From: Amoebidium appalachense
Taxonomy: Eukaryota > Protista > Ichthyosporea
NCBI GenBank assembly: GCA_963693365.1
Contig: CAVNZM010000001.1
Span: 15,362,418 to 15,426,417, forward strand
Reading direction: 5' to 3'
Length of the DNA: 64,000 nucleotides
In this document: positions 55,364 to 64,000 of the stretch, one piece after another
How positions within the stretch are numbered: the first letter of the stretch is position 1
Layout of the letters: each line of letters starts with the position of its first letter
The notes under the pieces: generated by a model
Seen by the model: only the letters and a program-made list of their open reading frames with translations
What the model was told of the DNA's origin: nothing
Databases searched by the model: none
Made by a program: the position numbers and the translations under genes

Positions 55364-55398
<35 letters not shown>

Positions 55399-55686
55399 AA
55401 AAAGAAGATTAAGAATTCAAGGGGGGGCGGGTGTGTGTGTGTGTGTGTGGGGCAGGGGGAGGGGGGGGGGGGGGCACGTGGGGGTGGGGGTGGAAGGGGA
55501 GGGCCGTGGGCATGGGGGAAGTGGGGAGGGAATTCGAAGACAAGAACACCTAGATAAATTTATAACAGACCCAGGCCCAACTCTATAGCTATTGATTAAC
55601 TCTGATTGTAAAACAGAAAAAAAAAAAAGCCGGAATATCCAACCACACATGGCCATGGCCAGGCATGGGCCCGTTATTTTCATTTT

Positions 55687-55731
<45 letters not shown>

Positions 55732-55927
55732 ACACACTGTTTCAACCACCACCCCCACCACCCCGGATACCCTTCATACTCTGGCCCCTCTCTCCCCTCC
55801 CCCCGGCCGAGCTCCCGAGTTCCCCCCTTCTCCCCGACCTCCCCCCTGGCTCCCCCTCACCCGTCGTCGTGTCAACATCCTACGAATGCATTGGGTGATT
55901 TACTTTGATGCACAATGCCCTTTCTCT

Positions 55928-55968
<41 letters not shown>

Positions 55969-56639
55969 CCCTCTCCCCCCCCCCCTCTCCCCCCTCCCTC
56001 CCTCCCCCCCCTCCCCCCGCCCTCCCCCTCTCCCCCCCCTCTCCCCCCCTCCCCTCCCCTCCCCCCCCTCCCCCCCCTTCCCCCCCCCCCCCCCCCCCCC
56101 CCCCCACGTGCACCCCCTCCAAATCCCTCACTGCACACCCCCATACGTTCACAGATCCCAGAGCCAGTTAAAGTCTCTTAAGAGCCACCGCTCGTGGAGT
56201 ACTAGCACCTACTCTTACAATCATACTTTCCTATTATTAGAGTACTAATAACATAGTACTAGTTTTACTTGCTTATTAATAAATATGTTTAATTAAGATT
56301 AAAAATTCCTATTAAGTCCATAAATTTCCATTTCTGATCTGCTAAAACTCCAATTTTAACTTTTCTGGATTTAGGAATTTAATTTTCATCCTTTCTCTTT
56401 CTTATTAATGTACACATAGATGTTTCAAAATGTTCATTACAGAAGCTTTATACTGGCTAATCATCACCTGAGAAGCATTTCTCCCGCGCGAGTCATCCAT
56501 TACTCCTGCGAAATTCTCCTGCGATCGGCCGCGGTGGTGGCTTCATTTTGGCGCGCATTCCACGCCACACAGACACTCACACGAACATTACAAGGTTAGC
56601 ACGTGCATTTAATAGAGATGTTTGTTGGCCATCACACTC

Positions 56640-56926
56640 ACACGCACACACACACACTATCACCACCACCACCACGACCACCACACAAACATCACCACTA
56701 CGACCACCACCACCACAACAGAGAATCGCACACACTCCACCGCCACCACCACCACCAACCCCCCCCCCCCCCCCCCCCCCCCCCCCACACACACACCACC
56801 ACCACAACCGGTACCCCCACCACCAAAACAACAACACATGCAAAACGCCACCACTCTAATCACCACCACCACCACCCACCTACTCGCATGCATGCACACA
56901 CGCACACATGCACGCAAACACACACA

Positions 56927-56990
<64 letters not shown>

Positions 56991-57310
56991 CACACGCGCG
57001 CGCGCGCACACACACATCACCACCACCACCACCACCACAACCGGCACACCCACCACCACTACGACCACCACCGCCACAACAGACAATCGCATATACTCCA
57101 CCGCCCCCACCACCACCACCAACCCCCCCCCCCCCCCCCCCCTTTTCCCTCCTCCCCCCACCACCACCACCACCAAAACAACGACACATGCAACACACCA
57201 CCACTCTTGAGATTATCACCACCACCACCACCCACTCGCATGCACACACACACACGTGCATGCAGACACAGCATGACACAAACACACGCCACCACCACCA
57301 CACCCATCCA
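56640..57310. repeat. Diverged duplication of a (CAC)n-rich unit
   Basis: CCACTACGACCACCACC, CCACAACAGA.AATCGCA, CCACCAAAACAAC and ACTCGCATGCA each occur twice in the same order, ~360 bp apart. Confidence 0.7.
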
Positions 57311-57548
57311 CACGAACACCCACACGGCACCCTCTTCCACCACGGCCCGCACAGTTGCGACTACACTTCAGCGTTTGTGCAGTGTACAACTTTTAGACCA
57401 TGGTTGCACAACTTTATTACACATACCCAACTTGCTTTTCCCAAATGATGCCCATAACCACTGCTTGTTGTGTGTTTCTAAAAAGTAAACCACCGCATTC
57501 AAGAGGAACCACAAAGACAGCTCCTTGTTCCGAAAAGAATGCCCTACC

Positions 57549-57584
<36 letters not shown>

Positions 57585-57625
57585 CTCTCTCTCTCACTCT
57601 CGCTCTCTCTCGCTCTCTCTCTCGC

Positions 57626-57667
<42 letters not shown>

Positions 57668-57847
57668 ACCACCACCCAAGAAAAAAAAATGCCCCCCCCC
57701 CCCCCCCCCCCCCCCCCGTGTAAATGCTTACATACTGTAACCTACCGTGAATATATACATGTGCAACATCTGCTTAACCCATGTACACTAGCCCTTTCTA
57801 ACTGAAATCGCTGATTATCTCTAAAAATACGAAACTTTGTTGACCAA

Positions 57848-61515
<3,668 letters not shown>

Positions 61516-63060
61516 TTTGGCTGTCTGTTACGAGGGCAGAGGTGCCAATGCTATTGTGCGGTTGTTTTCTGAATCGGATACGACTCTGCACCTTGTCTTT
61601 TTCCGCCTAAAGACGGAGTCTTTAATATTTAACTCAGCAAACGGTAATAAACAAAATCAAAATTGCACCTTTTAGCAAGAATACACATATGCTGTCCGTA
61701 CACAAGAATTGTCGATGTTTGTCCTTCGTTGTAAGGTCAAAGTGATACCTCCACGCCCAAAACTGTGCCTAATAAATTTACACTGGATACGTGGGAACGT
61801 TATGGTCTACGATAGTGTTTCCCAAAGATAACGAAGCACAAACGAGAACTTCTGGCCCAAAAAATTCGTACGAATTGGAAATGAGGGAAGGGAAACAAAA
61901 AAAGCGACCTCTCTTCATTCACTGAGCACTCGCATGCAGGGAAGAGTCGGTGCTGACTGTCAGAGTAAAGTGATCCTAGGCAGGGGCACAGTTCATATGT
62001 ATCGTCTTTTGGCGACTGCAAAACGCTACTACAGTACTTTTCAGAAGAAAAAAGTATTTAGTTACTTTATTTATATATTGATGTGACTTTATTCACGTTA
62101 AGACTAAATGAGAATGGATTATTTACTTCAAAAACGAGGCAACGAATGCGCCTCCTCTGTGGCTTTGTTTTGGAGTGTTTCTGCGTCCCTCTAGAATGAT
62201 CGTGAAGAAAGTGGCTTCGGGTATTATATACCCAGATCGCTATTTTTGTCAACCAATCAAATGTTCTTTTTGAGATAAAGGGTGCAAAATACTCATGAGT
62301 CCAAAAAGAGACGATGTTCAGATGTATGTAATCGGGTACAGATGTCATAACTATTGACATGTGCGACTAAGATAGAAATAAGATAGGGATATGACACGTC
62401 AAACAGTGAATAGCCTATATTTTAGCGGTTTATAGCTCTGAATATTCTCTAATACAGTCTTCAAACAGGCTGGTGGCTAGGCAAGTTTCAATTTGTTTGC
62501 CTCGCTCCAATCACAAGCCCGCGCTTTGATTGTCCAGTAAACCAACCAATCATTTTGTTTCTCAATCAGAACGATTACGTAACTCCACCGTGCACATCGA
62601 GATTTCGAGACGCAGTCACGAGACCCATCTGTTTCCCTTCCTCAACTGCTGCTTTCTACGCGTATGATGTACTTGCGTTTTTCGGTTTGCGCTAAGCATA
62701 CTCCTAATTTTTGTTATGCTCAACGGATTATGGGGTCTATACTCTGTGTAAATACATACGTATTTGAGGCAGAGAGATTGCAAATTTAACCCAAATTCTG
62801 CTGAGCCGTCGAATGCACAGCTTGGCAAATTTACTTGCAACTCGTATTCATCTGGACCCAGTGTGCTGACCCAGTGTCTGTATGTACTGGTTGTACCGTA
62901 CTGTGTACAGTTTGTTTTCTCAGATAGTGTGCTGTGCCCCGTTATCACCCGTGACCTATTATTGCGTGTACGTGTGCCTCGAGCTCGCATGTCAGGTCAC
63001 CCAGGCGTTGATATATGCATAGAATACAGTGTGGGCGCCATGCCCAAAACCAACTCAGTG

Positions 63061-63234
63061 CTGGGACCCAATGTGTTGAATTATCTTGCATGTCCACCGG
63101 TTTGGAAGGAACGCCCAGCCTGTAATTTTGAAAGGGAAAAAAGCCTTGCAGTACATGTGCCCGGTCAAAAAATTATTTGACAACCATGGTGCACAACCTC
63201 CCCCCCCCCCCCCCCCCCCCCCCCCCTCAACCCT

Positions 63235-63266
<32 letters not shown>

Positions 63267-63374
63267 CCCCCGTCTAGCCCTCCCCTCCCCCCCGTCCCCC
63301 CCCCCCCCCCCCCCGGCCAAAAAAAGCCCAAAAACACCGTACACGCACGCGCGCACACACGCGCGCACACACGC

Positions 63375-63446
<72 letters not shown>

Positions 63447-63549
63447 TGACAGAAGTACACGCACGCACACACACTGTGGCAGAAGTACACACACGCACAC
63501 ACACGAGCACAGTCTGACAAACAAGATAATTCAACACATTGGGTCCCAG
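63061..63549. mobile_element. Candidate MITE/foldback element bounded by a perfect 28-bp inverted repeat
   Basis: CTGGGACCCAATGTGTTGAATTATCTTG (63061-63088) and its exact reverse complement (63522-63549). No clean TSD found. Confidence 0.55.
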
Positions 63550-63830
63550 GACTCATATATCGATAGTTATCTGTAGATTAATACGTTCCTCCAACCTATT
63601 CATTCTGCCATGTAGAAAGAGGAATTGTGTAGAAAATCTGAAAAATCACCGTTCACCTCTACACAGGTGAATGGGCATGTTTTACAGTAGTAACATGGTG
63701 GTGCATAGCGCACATGGGGTCGTGCCCAAAGGAGTACAGGCGAGGCAACCCATGTTAATAGATTTAGCAACGTAGTGGCCCTCCGGATCCTCCTCCCCTC
63801 GCCCCCCGTCCTCCCCCTCCCTCGTCTGCG

Positions 63831-63861
<31 letters not shown>

Positions 63862-64000
63862 ACCCCCAGCGGCCCCCCAGCCCTCCGGCTCTCTCTCTCT
63901 CTCTCTCTCTCTCTCCCCCCCCCCCCCCCCCCCCCCCTCCCCCTCTACACACACACACACACGCACACACGTGTACACTTCCTGCTTGAACTCTCTCCCT

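Noticed and set aside
62616-63180. Overlapping 124-aa and 138-aa ORFs
   Set aside because: No domain similarity recognised, they partly overlap the inverted-repeat element, and no supported exon chain was found.

Overview
Eukaryotic, intron-rich genomic DNA saturated with (CA)n/(GT)n, (GA)n and long poly-C/poly-G tracts. Most of the supplied ORFs are translations of these repeats. The gene content (syntenin-like tandem PDZ, ankyrin plus SOCS-box-like tail) suggests a unicellular holozoan such as an ichthyosporean; this is an inference only. Left to right the window holds: (1) the 5' half of a minus-strand Ty3/Gypsy LTR retrotransposon with an unusual gag-pol junction and a doubly open N-terminal region; (2) a TTAA-flanked MITE and degenerate satellites; (3) an intronless tandem-PDZ gene; (4) a head-to-head pair of an ankyrin/SOCS-box-like gene and an SDIR1-like membrane RING-H2 gene; (5) poly(A)-tailed retroposon 3' fragments; (6) a 15-exon gene for a ~1322-aa secreted mosaic protein with four phytocyanin-type cupredoxin domains, a T/P-rich repeat and six SdrD-B-like domains; (7) an F-box/LRR gene; (8) a 7-exon YigB-like HAD phosphatase. 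All gene models were built by hand from GT-AG junctions with phase checks. The most unusual items are a hairpin-rich 452-bp element found in three insertions in poly-C tracts (fixed 3' end, variable 5' end, longer-than-unit copies, one clear target-site duplication) and the cupredoxin/SdrD-B mosaic protein.
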